In this document: positions 24,906 through 40,569 of the stretch, in pieces
How the letters are laid out: every line of letters begins with the position of its first letter
Numbering within the stretch: position 1 is the first letter of the stretch
Source: Octopus sinensis
Taxonomy: Eukaryota
NCBI RefSeq assembly: GCF_006345805.1
Contig: NC_042998.1
Location: forward strand, 25,420,001 to 25,484,000
Direction of reading: 5' to 3'
Length of the DNA stretch: 64,000 nt
Notes under the pieces: model-generated
Told to the model about the DNA's origin: nothing
Databases searched by the model: none
Seen by the model: the letters and a program-made list of their open reading frames with translations, nothing else
Position numbers and translations under genes: made by a program

Positions 24906-27814
24906 TGTGTAAGTATATGTGTGTGTATGTGTATGTGTGTGTGAGTGTATGTGTATGTGTGTGTGTGTGTGTGTATGTGTGAGTGCACATATGTTTGTAC
25001 CTCCTTCTCTTGACACCCTGTGTTAATTATAAATGAGTGTTTCTGTCAGTCAGGTAATGTTAATTATTTGCCTCAATTTATGTGGAAACTTGTGAAGCCT
25101 TGGGAGAAATATTACCTTGCATGGAGACAGATGAAGTTTGGTAACAAGAAGAGCATCCAGCCATAGAAATTCTTCTGCAACAAATTCTTTCTGATTCATG
25201 CAAGCAAGGAAAAGTGGATGTTAAAACAATGATAAAACATTCGATCACTCTCCATTTTCCCATATTAGCATGGGCCTCATAGGGCGTCATTTGAGGCAGA
25301 ATTTTTTGACAAAGATGCCTTTCCTAACACTAACAGTCTTTTTTTGTTATTCTAAAAGACTTTATTTCAACGTGTAGACAGACCAGACAGAATGTTAAAA
25401 AAGTAATATGAAAATTATTACACATTCACAAGCAAACACACATAAACACACAATTATATATGCATACATACATACATATATATGCATATACATACATACA
25501 CACATATACATACACACATATACATACACATATATACATATACCTATATATACGTATATATATATGTGTATATATATATATATACACATACATATGTATA
25601 TATATTTATGCATATATTCATATCTATATCTTTATCTTTACACACACAAATATATACACGTTTCCACAAACACACATATATATATGCATGCATATACATA
25701 TTTACACATATATAGATATATATATATATACGTGCACATGTGTGTGTATGTATGTGCATACTTGCACATGTGTGTATGCATAACATATTTCAATTATATT
25801 TGTAGCAGTAGAAAATAGTTAATGTCTAGTAGCACTTTGTATTTTGTACATTTATAACAAAATATTGCGTACAGATAAATGCAACATCTTTTCTCTAAGT
25901 ACTTCATAAAAATCAAACACAAGTCATTTTTCCATTGATAAACTAGACTTCAGATATATTCTAAAATGTTTCCATTTTCTTTCGTTCAACAAATCCAACA
26001 GTTTATTCGTTTCTTATTCTGCAGCACACTTTATTTATTTTATCCATTTATATATAAAAAAAAAAAATTTCTCATTTTATGTATGATTTCTCTCCATTTC
26101 ATTTTCTGTTATGCAGTTTAAGCACAGAAAGCAAAGCTTGTTAGGAAAATATAAAAGGGCAACCAGTTTAAAATATAAATCAGAGACTCTATAATAAAAA
26201 GATGAAAAAGAAGTTATAAATTTGATACAGTAATGATCAAGAGAAAAAAATACTTTTGATCTTTTAGCTTTTAACTATCAACAAGGACCAAAACACAGTA
26301 TGTTACTTGCATGCAAATCCTTTTTATAGTTTCCTTTTTCTTATGCTTTTTTGTTTGTTTGTTTTACTTCTTAATCAAAGAATAAATTTTCCTCACTTAG
26401 TTTTATTTAGATAACTGATGTATTTAAACAACATTTTTATTGTACAGTGTGATTTTGTTGTTGAAAATATTTCAATTAGAGTGAACCGGAAGTGTTAACT
26501 TGCAAGGTTACACTTTTATGGCGATACAGGAAAACAAAGAATTTTAGAACGTTTTGGTGCTCTAGATATTTTTATTGTTAGAATGCCTGACTGGATATAT
26601 GTAGGTTAGTATTGTTTCATGATTCCACCAGTTTAAGTCAATAGACTGCTTCCATACTGGGGCACCATTTTCAAGGGTTCAATCACAGTAGCACAGGTAC
26701 TAATTTATATCAAGCATTTCATAATGCTTTGGTATCTTACAAGTTGGTTAAGTTAGCATTCTTACTCAACAGACCATGTCTTAACTGGTGGTTTTGTAAC
26801 AGGATGAGAGATTCCTGCACAGGATGGGTGCAGCTCGCATCCTTTACATTAAATATTAATTGCACACACATGTGTAAATTACCTAACATGTTCTGTATGT
26901 TCATGATTGACTGAGAATGTATGAAAGAGCATGATAAGTATGCCACAGGTGTTCGGTTCCTAGATTTACAGGTGAGGAAAATCTAATTCATATAAAGACT
27001 TGGTTCATTTCATTAATTTTTAATTCATTTTCCAAAATAACATCAGTTAGACAAGTGTCAAACACACATTTGACTGTGGCCATGCTGGAGCACTGCCTTT
27101 AATCGAGCAACTCGACCCAGGGACTTATTCTTTGTAAGCCCAGTACTTATTCTATCGATCTCTTTTGCCGAACTGCTAAGTGACAGGGACATAAACACAC
27201 CAGCATCGGTTGTCAAGCGATGTTGGATGGGACAAACACAAACAGAAACGCACATATACATATATATACATATATACGATGGGCTTCTTTTAGTTTCTGT
27301 CTAGAGGATTGAACCCTAGGTGACATGGTTGGAAATCAAGCTTCTCAACCATACAGCCTCGCCTATAAAGGACAGATACATTGTGGAAAATATACTCCTT
27401 GATACAATATGCTTAACAAAAAGATGGGATGTTTACGGCGAGAAGACCTTTGATTTAATATTTACTCGACCAACACAACAACAAACAACACTTTCAGAAT
27501 TAGCTATCTGTTTCAATGAAATTGAGCAAATTTTAAAAAACTGACAGAATTTTATGTCTATTGATTATGCTACCAAAACAAATAGATTCATAAATCTTAC
27601 TCTCTCTTTTTACTCTTTTTACTTGTTTCAGTCATTTGACTGCGGCCATGCTGGAGCACTGCCTTTAGTCGAGCAACTCGAACCCGGGACTTATTCTATG
27701 TAAGCCCAGTACTTATTCTATCGGTCTCTTTTGCTGAACCACTAAGTGATGGGGACATAAACACACCAGCATCGGTTGTCAAGCGATGTTGGGGGGACAA
27801 ACACAGACACACAA

Positions 27815-27851
<37 letters not shown>

Positions 27852-28949
27852 TGACAGGCTTCTTTTAGTTTCCATCTACCAAATCCACTCACAAGGCTTT
27901 GGTCGGCCCGGAGCTATAGCAGAAGACACTTGCCCAAGATGCCACGCAGTGGGACTGAACCCGGAACCATGTGGTTGGTTAGCAAGCTACTTACCACATA
28001 GCCACTCCTGCGCCTATGTTACTTCAAATTTTTATTGGAAATTTTCAACACGTCTGTATCCCTGCATACTTCAAATCTCTCCTTAGCGTTGTGAAACACA
28101 TTTTGAGGAGTTTGCTTCTGCATTGCTAACTGAATGCTTGGGGATGGAGCTTGGGGATGGAGGTAAAGAAAATTATTGCTGCCAAATTAAAAAACAAAAG
28201 CTGTCATGGACAAATAAGAGGGGTCCAACAGAGATGAAAATAAAATTATGAAAAAAATTAGAAAAATTAGAAAATCATAAACAAAATTCAAACTTTATAC
28301 ACTTTTAACATATTCAACATGAAAATCATAAATAAAAGTGAGTTTAAAAAAAATTATACTTTAATCTCTGTTTTTGTAAACAGTTGTATGTCTTTATTTT
28401 TGTATGCAGTGTAGATGAATCAAATATAAGCAAATTAACCAAACAGAAGCACATGTACGAACTACAAATTTAACGGTAAATGCCACAATAATTATTATAG
28501 ATAAATTTCTTGATATACATATATATTAAGAATATGTATTAAATGCTAATTTAAAGGTTAAAATGTAACTGTAAACACCTTGCAAACTTGAAACTGCTAC
28601 GATAATTATTAACTAGTAATTAAATGGTAAATGTGCATTTTTATATACCTTGGACCTGTGATCTCATTGTTTTTTGTCAAGAGTTTCACCTCCAGCTTTT
28701 CTTTACGCCACTCAACACACATACAGTGACACACCATGCTGCTGTCATGGCCATAAAGACAGAAAATTTCCAGTTCGCAATGTTGTTCATATTAGGATAT
28801 GAATTATTCATTTATTTCAAATATAATAGAAACAAGATGATCTTAATGGTATCACATTAGAATTAAAAGCGAAAGAATAAAAGTGAAACAATATTGTATC
28901 ACATTACAATATAGATCTTATTTTTTCCTTTTTGACATGTAATACCAAA

Positions 28950-29135
28950 CCAGTCTAAAAGATTGTTCTGGACTCGCATTAGGCAAGAAGTAGAAAATGT
29001 TTTTAGCCCATGACACTCTATGGACCCTCAGAAATGCATGTGTAAAATTTGAATGAAATTAGTAAGATACTTCTTGAGTTTTAGGGAGTCACACATACAG
29101 GCAGGCAGACAGACACTCATTCTCAGTTTTATGTA
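28950..29135 (+). mobile_element. Possible Helentron/DINE-1-like non-autonomous element 3' part
   Basis: gtgtaaaatttgaatgaaat..gagtt..(caga)n..ttttatgtat layout resembles HINE 3' ends. The 5' end is not recognisable. Confidence 0.35.
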
Positions 29136-29223
29136 TGTATGTATCATCATCATCATCGTTTAACGTCCGCTTTCCATGCTAGCATGGGGTATGTATGTAT
29201 GTATGTATGTATGTATGTATGTA

Positions 29224-29264
<41 letters not shown>

Positions 29265-31314
29265 GGTATGTAGAAAAATACAACATGGACAAGAACGTAT
29301 AACTCTTAGAAGACGATACAATAAACACGGACAAGACATTCGAAACCCTCAGTCTTCAGTCAAGAACCGGATCATCGTAGTAATTTCGGCTGATTAATTA
29401 TATATATATATATATGTGTATGTGTATATATATATGTGTGTGGCGGCACAATGGCCCAGTGGTTAGGACAGCGGACTCGTGGTCGTAGGATCACAGTTTC
29501 GATTCCCAGACTGGGCGTTGTGAGTGTTTATTGAGTGAAAACATCTAAAGCTCAACAGCCTCACGTTTTTGTTCTTTCTTGCTTGTTCATGTTTGGATTA
29601 ACTATATATATATATATTCATCTTAAAAGGCATTTTAATATGCTGGCCAGATAAGATGTTTTTTGAAAAAATGTTATCCTTATAATAGAACTATACATAC
29701 ATATATGCATATATACATACATGTATGTATGTATGTATGTATGTATGTATGTATGTATGTATGTATGTATGTATGTATGTATGTATGTATGTATGTATGT
29801 ATGTATGTATGTATGTATGTATGTATGTATGTTGTATGTATGTATGTATGCATGCATGCATGCATGCATGCATGCATGCATGCATGCATGTATGTATGTA
29901 TGTATGTATGTACCTACCTATAAATGAGTGTATGTGTCGCATCTTTGATGCTGGAGACATTATTCACAAGAACTTTCCTCACAGCAGGATTGTATATCTC
30001 TATATCTTATAGGTGGGCATTCAAGTGCTGATAAATATTAACTAACCTTCTTCTTTTGCTTACCTTAATTACCACCCAAAATTTACTCCCTCTAAAGGAA
30101 AGTCCATTCAGCATTCTGAGCCTTGTAAAAATTAGATATTACAAATATATATATATGGTAGCTGCAAATGATTTATCCAAGAAGCATCAAGTATTTGACT
30201 TTGGATGGTTCCATATTGAGTATGATCACTTCGTGGGTAAAGCTTATTAATAACTGAAGAACAGAAACCATCCGTAATGACCACCCTGGCAGAGAGGATG
30301 AAGTAGAAAAAGCTGAGAAATGTCATGTCCCCTACATTTCAAGGCATTGTCATGCTTTTGTTTAACATTAGTAACATAACGTCAATTAGTAAATACAAGA
30401 TTACTTTGAAATTACTTGCTGTACCTAAACTGAAAATGGAAAATTATGTACCCTGGAGGACTGAATGCAAATTTGGTAATTAGCAACTAGCTTAGTACTC
30501 AAAAGTTTAGCTCCAACAGTGTTGTTAATGCTGGAAGGAAAATCCATGGAAACTATAATTAAAATGGATATTGCTACTTTAAATATCGATAATGGAATGC
30601 AATAATTCTACCAGAAACTTAGGCACACTCATTTTCATTTTTCTTTTTTTTTTTAGAATAATCAAACTATTTAGCATTTATTGTTTGAAAATATTAAAAA
30701 CCATGTCGTCATCGTCATCATCACCATTGACTGTTTGTTTTACATGCCGCCACAAATTGAATGGTTTGATGGGAACTGGCCTGCCAGAGACCTGTACAAG
30801 GTTCCAGTTGTCTGTTTTGGAAAGATTTCTTGCTAGATGCCCTTCCTTATGCCAACCACAGTACAGAGTGTAATGGGTGCTTTTTTAAGTGGCGCCAACA
30901 CAGGTGCTTCAAGCATGGAACCAGCATGGGGAACCTTCTACTGGGTGAAGGATTCTCCTTACACTGGTAGCAATAGAGGTAAACATAACAAAAGATCCAC
31001 ACCTAAAAAATACAAAGGAACATAAATGAAATAAATCAAGCTGTTACTCAGATTTTCCCATTCCCGTCCAAACAAACAGCTTTTGTTATATTTCTGCTGC
31101 TTTTAAATAAAGTATATATATATACCGAGTTAGTAAATGTTTTTATCTTCATTTCACTAAATTTATCTAGCTTCTGTGTTACTAGCACATATTTCGCCTC
31201 TTAATGTACTGATATATGAATAATATATGGCCCGTGCTAGTTTCACCAGCGATAATAATTAATGTTATTTTATCGCAATTTGACTTGTTTACATATAAAG
31301 TATATATATATATA

Positions 31315-31469
31315 TTCAAAATGTGACCACGTGTGTACCGTTTGCGATTTTTTTCCTCCATCTTCCCTTCCTTGGATCTTTCCTTTCTAGAGCGTCCCAT
31401 AACACTATACTTGTTCCATGTCCTCGCGTTGATGTGTTTTCTCTTTGAGTTTTCATGTTTGGATTAACT
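31315..31469 (+). mobile_element. Family H module embedded in (TA)n, lacking its HHR segment
   Basis: Aligns (reverse complement) with 44212-44414 except for a roughly 60-bp internal deletion. Strand is given as the HHR sense. Confidence 0.75.
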
Positions 31470-32597
31470 ATATATATATATCTATGTATGTATATGTGTG
31501 TGTATATGTTTGTGTGTTTGTGTTCATCCTCCCAACATCGCTTGACAACTGATGCTGGTGTGTTTACATCCTTGTAACTTAGCAGTTTGGCAAAAGAAAC
31601 CAATAGAATAAGTACTAGGCTTACAAAGAATAAGTCCTGGGGTCGATGTGCTTGACAAAAAGCGGTGCTCCAACCTGGCCACAGTCAAATGACTGAAACA
31701 AGTAAAAGAGTAAAAGAGTAAGAATTTTGTCTGGTGTGCTTATGTTTCTGCCAGGTCATTGCCTTAGAGCTGCAACTAATACGATAAGTCGTTCTACCTG
31801 TTACAACAACAGCAACAACAACTACCATTTCACTGCTTTGAAACAATAAGAACATTTACAAATAAATCAAACTGAAATTTCAAAGATATATTTTATTTTA
31901 TTTCACAGTGGTTTTAAAAATCTGGTTGCACTAACAGAATTAATTAATTAATATAAGTACGTGATATTATTCATATTGTGAAATATATAACCAAAGTCCC
32001 ATATATATAAGGCTTTTACTTCATAGATCAGTAATTGCTATTAGCAGTGATATGCAACTATTAAATAATGTAGTTTTTTTTTAACACATTAAAATTGTTA
32101 ATTTAAAATATATGAGCTCTGTGGTTCAGCTAGTTCCCTACTAAGATACCTGTACAGAGTAAATCTAATGAACTAATTTGTAGATGTCATTTTCCATATC
32201 TTCATCAGCAACAAGCTTTAAAAAAGGCAATAGAAAGAAACACAATGTAAAATTATAACCAATTTTAATCAAAGATTATTTATATAATTTTATTATAACA
32301 GTTTTGCTTTATTTTCATTAATAGATTTCTATTAAAAACATAAATATGCCTGTATGACATTCTATATTAAAACTTTAATTTCATATATATATATCAATCT
32401 ATCTCACAATTTAGCAATATAAGTATGTATGCACACACACACACACACACACATACACACACACACAAACACATACACACACATACATGCAGTGGGACTG
32501 AACCTGAAACCATGTGGTTGGTAAGCAAGCTGCTTACCACACAGCCACTCCTGCGCATATATACATAGCACACACAGACATAGACGTATGTTTAAGC

Positions 32598-32640
<43 letters not shown>

Positions 32641-34164
32641 TGTATATGCATATATGTATATACACACATATATATATGTATATATATATGTACATGCATA
32701 TATGTATATACACACACATACATATATATGTATGTGTATATACATATATGCATATATATATATATATATATAGAATAAAACTTATATATAAAGAACGTGA
32801 AATTCACGAATTGACAAACATGGAAAAACGGACAGTAATTCAGAGCCTTCATTCTTCAGTCAGAAACCGATTCATCATGGCAAATTTCGGATATATATAC
32901 ATATATGTGTATACAAATAAAGATATATATATACATATATATGCATAAACATACGTCTATGTCTGTGTGTGCTATGTATATATGCGCAGGAGTGGCTGTG
33001 TGGTAAGTAGCTTGCTCACCAACCACATAGTTCCGGGTTCAGTCCCACTGCGTGGCATCTTGGGCAAGTGTCTTCTGCTATAGCCTCGGGCTGACCAAAG
33101 CCTTGTGAGTGGATTTTGTAGATGGAAACTGAAAGAAGCCCGTCGTATATATGAATATATATAAATGTATGTGTGTGTATGTGTTTGTGTGTCTGTGTTT
33201 GTCCCCCATCATTGCTTGACATCCAATGCTGGTGTGTTTACATCCCCGTAACTTAGCAGTTTGGCAAAAGAGACCAATAGAATAAGTACTAGGCTTACAA
33301 AGAATAAGTCCTGGAATCGATTTGCTTGACTAAAGGTGGTGCTCCAGCATGGCCGCAAACAACTGAAACAAGTAAGAGAATAAAAGAATACACACAAACA
33401 CACACATATACAGTGAACTTAGTTCAGTTTCCATCTACCAAATCCGCTCACAAGGCAACAGGGGTCTCTAGTAGAAGACACTTGCTCAAAGTTCCACAAT
33501 GGTACTGAACCTGGAATCAATTATGTGGCTGAGAAGCAACTTCTTACCACACAGCCATACTTTCACTTATGATTATTGAAAATTTTATAGTTTTTTTTTT
33601 CTCCAAAGAATTTACCAATGGAAACGTATTCTGTGAGAAACAATAAGGAATAATTATAAACATCCACTGACAAAATTGATAATTTTAAAATACCTCTAAT
33701 TATGGAAACTTTGCTGCATATAAATTAGAACACTAAGAGACAAGGCAAAATTAAACATTACTGGAAGTTTGTAATTATTTTACAGTATAGTTTAACCTTT
33801 TCCTTAAGCAATATGATAAAATGATCACTATGCATGCTTTGTCTTAGTTTAATAAGTAGTAGAGGTATGGACTTTTGTTTTTGTTTTTTTTTTCAGGAAA
33901 AATAACATCCAATTGATTGTTTAGAAAGCAGCTTAACAGAACTACATCACGACTTTGCAGGAAAAGAAAAGGCAAATGAAACGACAATGAACAAACAAAT
34001 AAAAGAAACAAAAAAAAAAGAAAGAAAAATTGGAAAATGAGCTGAGATGGAAATTCAGTTTATGAATATTTTTAAGGATTAGTTTAGTTTAAAAGAGAAA
34101 GAAAAAGTGAAAGTATAAAATGAATTCAAATAATTTTTCTTTTTGTTTTGTCTTTGCCTTTTAT

Positions 34165-34610
34165 TTATTTTTTTTCTTTCATAATCATTAATAATTTACA
34201 TTTATGATATTTTAAAATTTACTTCTCAACTACTAATTTCTTCAAATTTGAATCTCCCTCCTTCCACCCTCTCTCATTCTTTCCCTGCATGCACCATTCA
34301 CACACACACACACACATATATATAATAAGACACGTATGTGTCTTATTATTTCTGTTTATCTTATTTCTACAATTGTTTATTATTTTTTTTTTCTTTCATA
34401 ATCATTAATAATTTACATTTATGATATTTTAAAATTTACTTCTCAACTACTAATTTCTTCAAATTTGAATCTCCATCCTTCCACCCTCTCTCATTCTTTC
34501 CCTGCATGCACCATTCACACACACACACACACATATATATAATAAGACACGTATGTGTCTTATTATTTCTGTTTATCTTATTTCTACAATTGTTTATTAT
34601 TTTTTTTTCT
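34165..34610. repeat. Near-perfect 217-bp tandem duplication of unique AT-rich DNA
   Basis: ctttcataatc starts at 34176 and 34393. The copies differ at only a few positions. Confidence 0.9.
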
Positions 34611-36204
34611 TCTAGTCATTTGTTTATTCTTGGTAAGCTCTTTGAAATAAATATTGCATTGAATAGAAAAACTGTAAACAACACTAATCTATTCCTGCAT
34701 GACTAAGCAATTGGCTTATGACAATAGAGAGAATGTATGAAATAAAACTACAGGGCTTTGGTTGCTTACTCTTCTGCACTGTTTTTCTCTCTTTGCCTTA
34801 TTTTAATTTTTGCTGTTTCTTTTAGTCTTCATTCCTTACTTTAGCTGCTATACTCATTGATTTTTAAACTTCTTTTCCTTGGTTGCAGTCAACAAAATAG
34901 ATTGAAGCTATTTGATATGTTTTAAGAACGAAAATCAAACAAAGACTATTTAAAATCTAACATGTGAAAAATCTATTTCTTCTCCCACTTAAAAAAGTAA
35001 GATACAAAACAAAAAGAGAAAAACTTCATAGATAAATAGATTCCATTTTAATGCTAACATCTTTGATTTGAAAGAAAAGTGAAGGCAAGAAATAAGATGA
35101 TCTTCTAATTCTTCTATTTTCATATATGCATTTTCTGGCGGTAAATATACTCATGAGATGGGAACTTTTAGTAGTTTGAACTAATGTATGCATATATTAC
35201 ATCATAGAATGTATCAGCTCAATAAATGTTGCCAACAATTTTAGGTCAACTGCAAAATTTGAATCTGTTAGATTTATTTAAACACAATATACTCAAACTG
35301 ATTACTTATGACCTTTTTTCATAATAGTTCTGGGATTAAGTGTTTTCCTGTGGATTACAAAGATCATTTAATATGGCTTTAGAATTAGATAACGTTTTCT
35401 TCCGAAATAACTATTTTGTAATGATTGTATCAATCAAATAGAAGTTAACCTTTTTGACATCAACCTGTCTAAGAGTTGTTCTCGTTCTGTTACAAAACAT
35501 TCAATTTTAAGTATTTGAAATATTCCATCATGCTTTTTATATAAGTAAATTTTCTCAAGTTATATTCCAGATAAAAATTTTTATAATAGAAAAAGCTTAT
35601 TATTTTTACCAAATTCCTTCCAAATTTTTTATATTTTCCAAAATTAATTGAAACACATAGGCTGTGTATTTCCCAAGAAAGATGTTCACAAAAGCACCAA
35701 AGGAACACATACACACATGACAAAAATCATTTTGTGCCACTGTCCATTATTGAGATCAATGGTTTGCTTATTTTATTTGGATAATTTTACTCACAAGTCT
35801 TTCACCTAAATTAGCCAATAAGCCATTAATGATTGCATGCCATGTAAAGAATAAATAAACCAGAGAAGCTAGTTTTAATTATTATAATAATCTACATTGC
35901 GATGGTGAATTCCCTGTAGCTAACTGTCTGGAAAACTGACCCCGTCCCCTCACTTTGAATTCTGTCTGACACCATTTCTCTTCAGTAATGTCACTAATTC
36001 TCTTGGGGGCAATTCACAGACATCCCAATATTTTATTTCTCATATTCAACAGATCTACTGCCTTCTACTTACATTAAAAACAAATTATAATTTTAATTGT
36101 TCATCGTTATTTTAATGTAACAAAATGATTGTTCTAATTATTCATGGCTCCTTACATTGATAAAGTTGATTTCTACTAATAATGTATATGTTCATCTGCT
36201 TTTT

Positions 36205-36238
<34 letters not shown>

Positions 36239-36303
36239 TCATGATTGCAGGCATCATCACAAATATTATTATTATTATTATTATTATTATATTATTATTA
36301 TTA

Positions 36304-36336
<33 letters not shown>

Positions 36337-36343
36337 CATTATT

Positions 36344-36614
36344 GAGTGAGAGAGCAGTGCATGCCATCAAAGTGATACTGGGGTAAAATATACGAAGCCC
36401 AGTATACACATCATGACTACCTGTCTGATAAGGGTACACTAGGCACATGCATCACAACCATATGTGTGCGACATGGTGATCTCATATCAAGATAAACAGT
36501 GCATGACCTTGCAGGTGGGGCCCAGTTAGAATTTTCTTCAGGTCGAGTAGCCTATTCCACTCAAAAGGTTCCTGAATAAGGATGTTGAACGAACCACCTA
36601 TGTTTCCAGAGGTG
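36344..36614 (-). mobile_element. Family E retroelement 3' end with (AAT)n tail
   Basis: Terminus tgcactgctctctcactc-aataataat is shared with 38669-38947(-) and 46585-47034(+). All copies are 5'-truncated and abut AAT tracts. Confidence 0.8.
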
Positions 36615-36866
36615 TGCTGGTAGCATGTAAAAATCACCATCCAAATGTGGCCGATGCCAGTGCCACCTGACTGGCTCCCATGCCGGTAGTATGTAAAAAG
36701 CACCCACAACACATTCGGAGTGGTTGGCATTAGGAAGGGCATCCAGCTGTAGAAACATTGCTAGATCAGATTGGAGCCTCGTGCAGACTTCTGGCTTGCC
36801 AGTCCTCAGTCAAACCGTCCAACCCATGCCAGCATGGTAAACGGACATTAAACGATGATGATGATG
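36615..36866 (+). mobile_element. Family D retroelement 3' end with (GAT)n tail
   Basis: gaagggcatccagctgtagaaac..ggacattaaacgatgatgat. Other copies at about 1190-1290, 10085-10270, 25100-25240, 30715-30900, 36975-37140, 43185-43545, 47796-48322, 60000-60165, 60480-60915. Confidence 0.85.
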
Positions 36867-38945
36867 ATTTTACCACTTCATCACTCAAATTGTTACACCA
36901 AGAACAATAATAATAATAATTTTTCTGACATAGGTACAAAGTTAGCGATCTTGGAGGTGGAACTTAATTATATCATCATCATCATCGTTTAATGCCCTTT
37001 CTCCATGCTAGGATCTGGGAAGCCAGAAAGCTGCACCAGGTTCCAGTCTGATCTGGCAGTGTTTCTACAGCTGGATGCCCTTCCTAACACCAACCACTCC
37101 GTGAGTGTACTGGGTGCTTTTTACGTGCCACCGGCCAATTTCACAATTCCTTTATTAGCCTTGAAAGGATGAAAGGTGACCTAGGCAGTATTTGAAATTA
37201 GAACATAATAAACAAGAACAAATACAAGAAATCATATGTCTGATACTCCAAAGATTGTACCAGTTCAACACTTTGGGTTTGAAACAGTGAAACAAAGACA
37301 AACAAAGTCAGTATAATGATATATTCTATTGAATCCACCTCAAATATACATTCCAGGAATTTCTTCCAGAGTAATTATTTTCCTCTATAAGAAATGTCTT
37401 GTCTCATAGAATGTTTAATGAACATATCTCAGGTTATATCATGCTGATGATTTCTGAAAAGAATGAAATACTACCATGCGTGATTACCACTGAGTAGAAA
37501 TTTTAAGGACTTCATAATAAGTGAGCAAAAACAAAAAAGGTTATTCCATGCGTGTTTTTCCTTATTCCTTAATGTCAAATTCCAGCTTCTTATCCTACCA
37601 AATATTATGAGAGAAAGATTGTCTCCCTTACACTAAATCTCTGCTAGGGGACTCCACATATATATGTTAGTTATTTTATATCAATCCTGAAGCAATGAAG
37701 AGTAGAATTGTCAATAATAGGATTTAGAATCAAAATACATATATCTTAACTACCCACAAGGGGCTAAACACAGAAGGGACAAACAAGGACAGACAAACGG
37801 ATTAAGTCGATTACATCGACCCCAGTGAGAAACTGGTACTTTATTTATCGATCCTGAAAGGAGGAAAGGCAAAGTCGACCTCGGCGGAATTTGAACTCAG
37901 AACGTAACAACAGACGAAATACGGCTTCGCATTTCGCCCGGTGTGCTAACGTTTCTGCCAGCTAACCACCTTTAGAATCAAGATATAGATTGAGAAAATT
38001 AAATGCTGCTGACTGTCAAGTATTTTATCTGATGCTTCCCTCCATCATTTACTCTATACAAGTGTTTTAAATAATACAAACTTAAAGGGAATCAATAAGA
38101 CATTCAATAAATAACAAGGTGTCCAAGAAACAAGAACAAGAGAATGTTGAAACCTTAATTTCATTTTGCTTCAAGAAAATGCTAATTCCGTTTCTAAAGC
38201 TTTCATAAGAATAAATATGTTACTTAAACAATAGCTATGAATATCTAATTTCTGGAAATACAATTTCAGTACGAGTATGAGCGACGCATCAATCATTTAA
38301 AAATTATTTCGTTATATCATAATTATAATGTCTGTTTTTGGAAATATATGTCAATTGTCCATATAATTGATAGCATCTTAATTACTAAGAAGTTATTTTT
38401 TTACAGTCAGTATCTTATTATTTCTATTGTTGTTGTTATTATTATTATCATTATTATTATTATTATCATCATTATCATTATTATCATTATTATCATCATC
38501 ATTAATATTATTATCATTTTTATTATTATCATTATTATTATTATTATCATCATCATCATCATCATCATCATCCTCCTCCTCCTCCTCCTCATCATCATCA
38601 TTATTATTATTATTATCATCATCATTATTATTATTATTACTATTGTCATTATTATTATTATTATTATTGAGTGAGAGAGCAGTGCATGCCATCAAAGTGA
38701 CACTGGGGTAAAATATACGAAGCCCAATATACCCATCATGACTACCCGTCTGATAAAGGTACACCAGGCACATGCATCACAACCATATGTGCGCGACATG
38801 GTGATCTCATATCAAGATAAACAGCACATGACCTTGCAGGTGGGGCCCAGTTAGAATTTTCTTCAGGTTGAGTAGCCCATCCCACTCAAAAGGTCTCTGA
38901 ATAAGGGTTGTTTAAGGATGTTGAAAGAACCACCCATGTTTCCAG

Positions 38946-38981
<36 letters not shown>

Positions 38982-39011
38982 ATCATTATTATTATTATCA
39001 TTATTATTAGT

Positions 39012-39058
<47 letters not shown>

Positions 39059-39070
39059 TCATCATCATCA

Positions 39071-39101
<31 letters not shown>

Positions 39102-39867
39102 GATTATCATTATTATTATTTAGTTAACTTAGATAACTTTATTATTAGGTAACTTGGTTGGTAACATTTCTTTGTGTAAAGCTTATTGTTTGTGAAAATG
39201 AAGAGCAGAGCGCTTCGAGTAATTAATCATGACACGATAACATTTCTTTGTATCATTCTCATCTTTTGTTAAATTAGGCAAATATCTCGGCAGATAATTT
39301 TCTTTTTATGGCTGGCTGTTTTATGAAACAACAGTTCACCATTTCACAGACTATGCTTTCAATTATAGTAAATACTTGCCTTGCTTTCTAACTCAATCAT
39401 CGTTGCTAATAGTCACAAAGAGATATAAGTATATAAAGTATATAAGTATATAAATATATATATAGCAGTACAATCATTGCTTTGTATCAATCAACTTCTT
39501 TGGCATCCAAATATATTTATATACAATTTTAGGCACAAAGTTATAAATAAAGATAATCATAATCATGATTTTTCGATGAAATAATATAAGTTTGTATGAT
39601 TGAGCCAAGGTTTACTATCTACTTACTCTTACTCTTTAATCTTTACTCTTTACTCTTTTACTTGTTTCAGTCATTTGACTGCGACCATGCTGGAGCACTG
39701 CCTTTAGTTGAGCAAATCGACCCCAGGACTTATTCTTTGTAAGCCTAGTACTTATTCTAGACTTATTCGGTCTCTTTTGCTGAACCGCTAAGTTACGGGG
39801 ATGTAAACACACCAGCATCGGTTGTCAAGCAATGTTGGAGAGACAAACACAGAACACACAAACACAT

Positions 39868-39914
<47 letters not shown>

Positions 39915-40569
39915 TATGACAGGCTTCTTTCAGTTTCCATCTACAAAATCCACTCACATGGCTTTGGTCGGCCTGAGGCTATAGTAGAAGACACTTGCCC
40001 AAGGTGCCATGCAGTGGGACTAAACCCAGAACCATGTGGCTGGTAAGCAAGCTACTTACCACACAGCCACTCCTGTTCAAGTTTTATAAGATCTCTTTGT
40101 TCTTTCATAAGTGCCTGTGCAAAGTGGGAGAGAGAGAGATAGACAGACAGACAACTCGATGGACGGATGGATGAATGGATGGATGGATAGATAGATAGAT
40201 AAATAGGTAGGTAGGTAGACAACCAGCCAGACAGAGAGATAAGTTTCTTTATTAGCCACACAGGGCCGAACACAGAGGGGACAAAAATACAATGTAGAGC
40301 CTCTCTTTTTGAAAATAGACAAAAAAAGTGGAGAAAATACATTTCCAATCAAAAGGGATCGTGTAAAAAAACAAGAAAAAGTGATCAAAAGGGATCGTGT
40401 ATTTCAGAAAATATAAATGTAAAAAAAACAGATTATTACAGAAAATATCATAAATGTTAAAAAACAGATTAGGTTTATCCATGGAAAGAAAAGTCTATGG
40501 AAAAGACCATGGTAATCTCAGGCAGGGAGGGAAAAACACATGAGAGCAAAAAGCTCTCTCTCTCTCTCT

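Noticed and set aside
26940-26980. Micro-exon-like cag|GTGTTCGGTTCCTAGATTTACAG|gtgagg
   Set aside because: No polypyrimidine tract and too short to support without RNA data.
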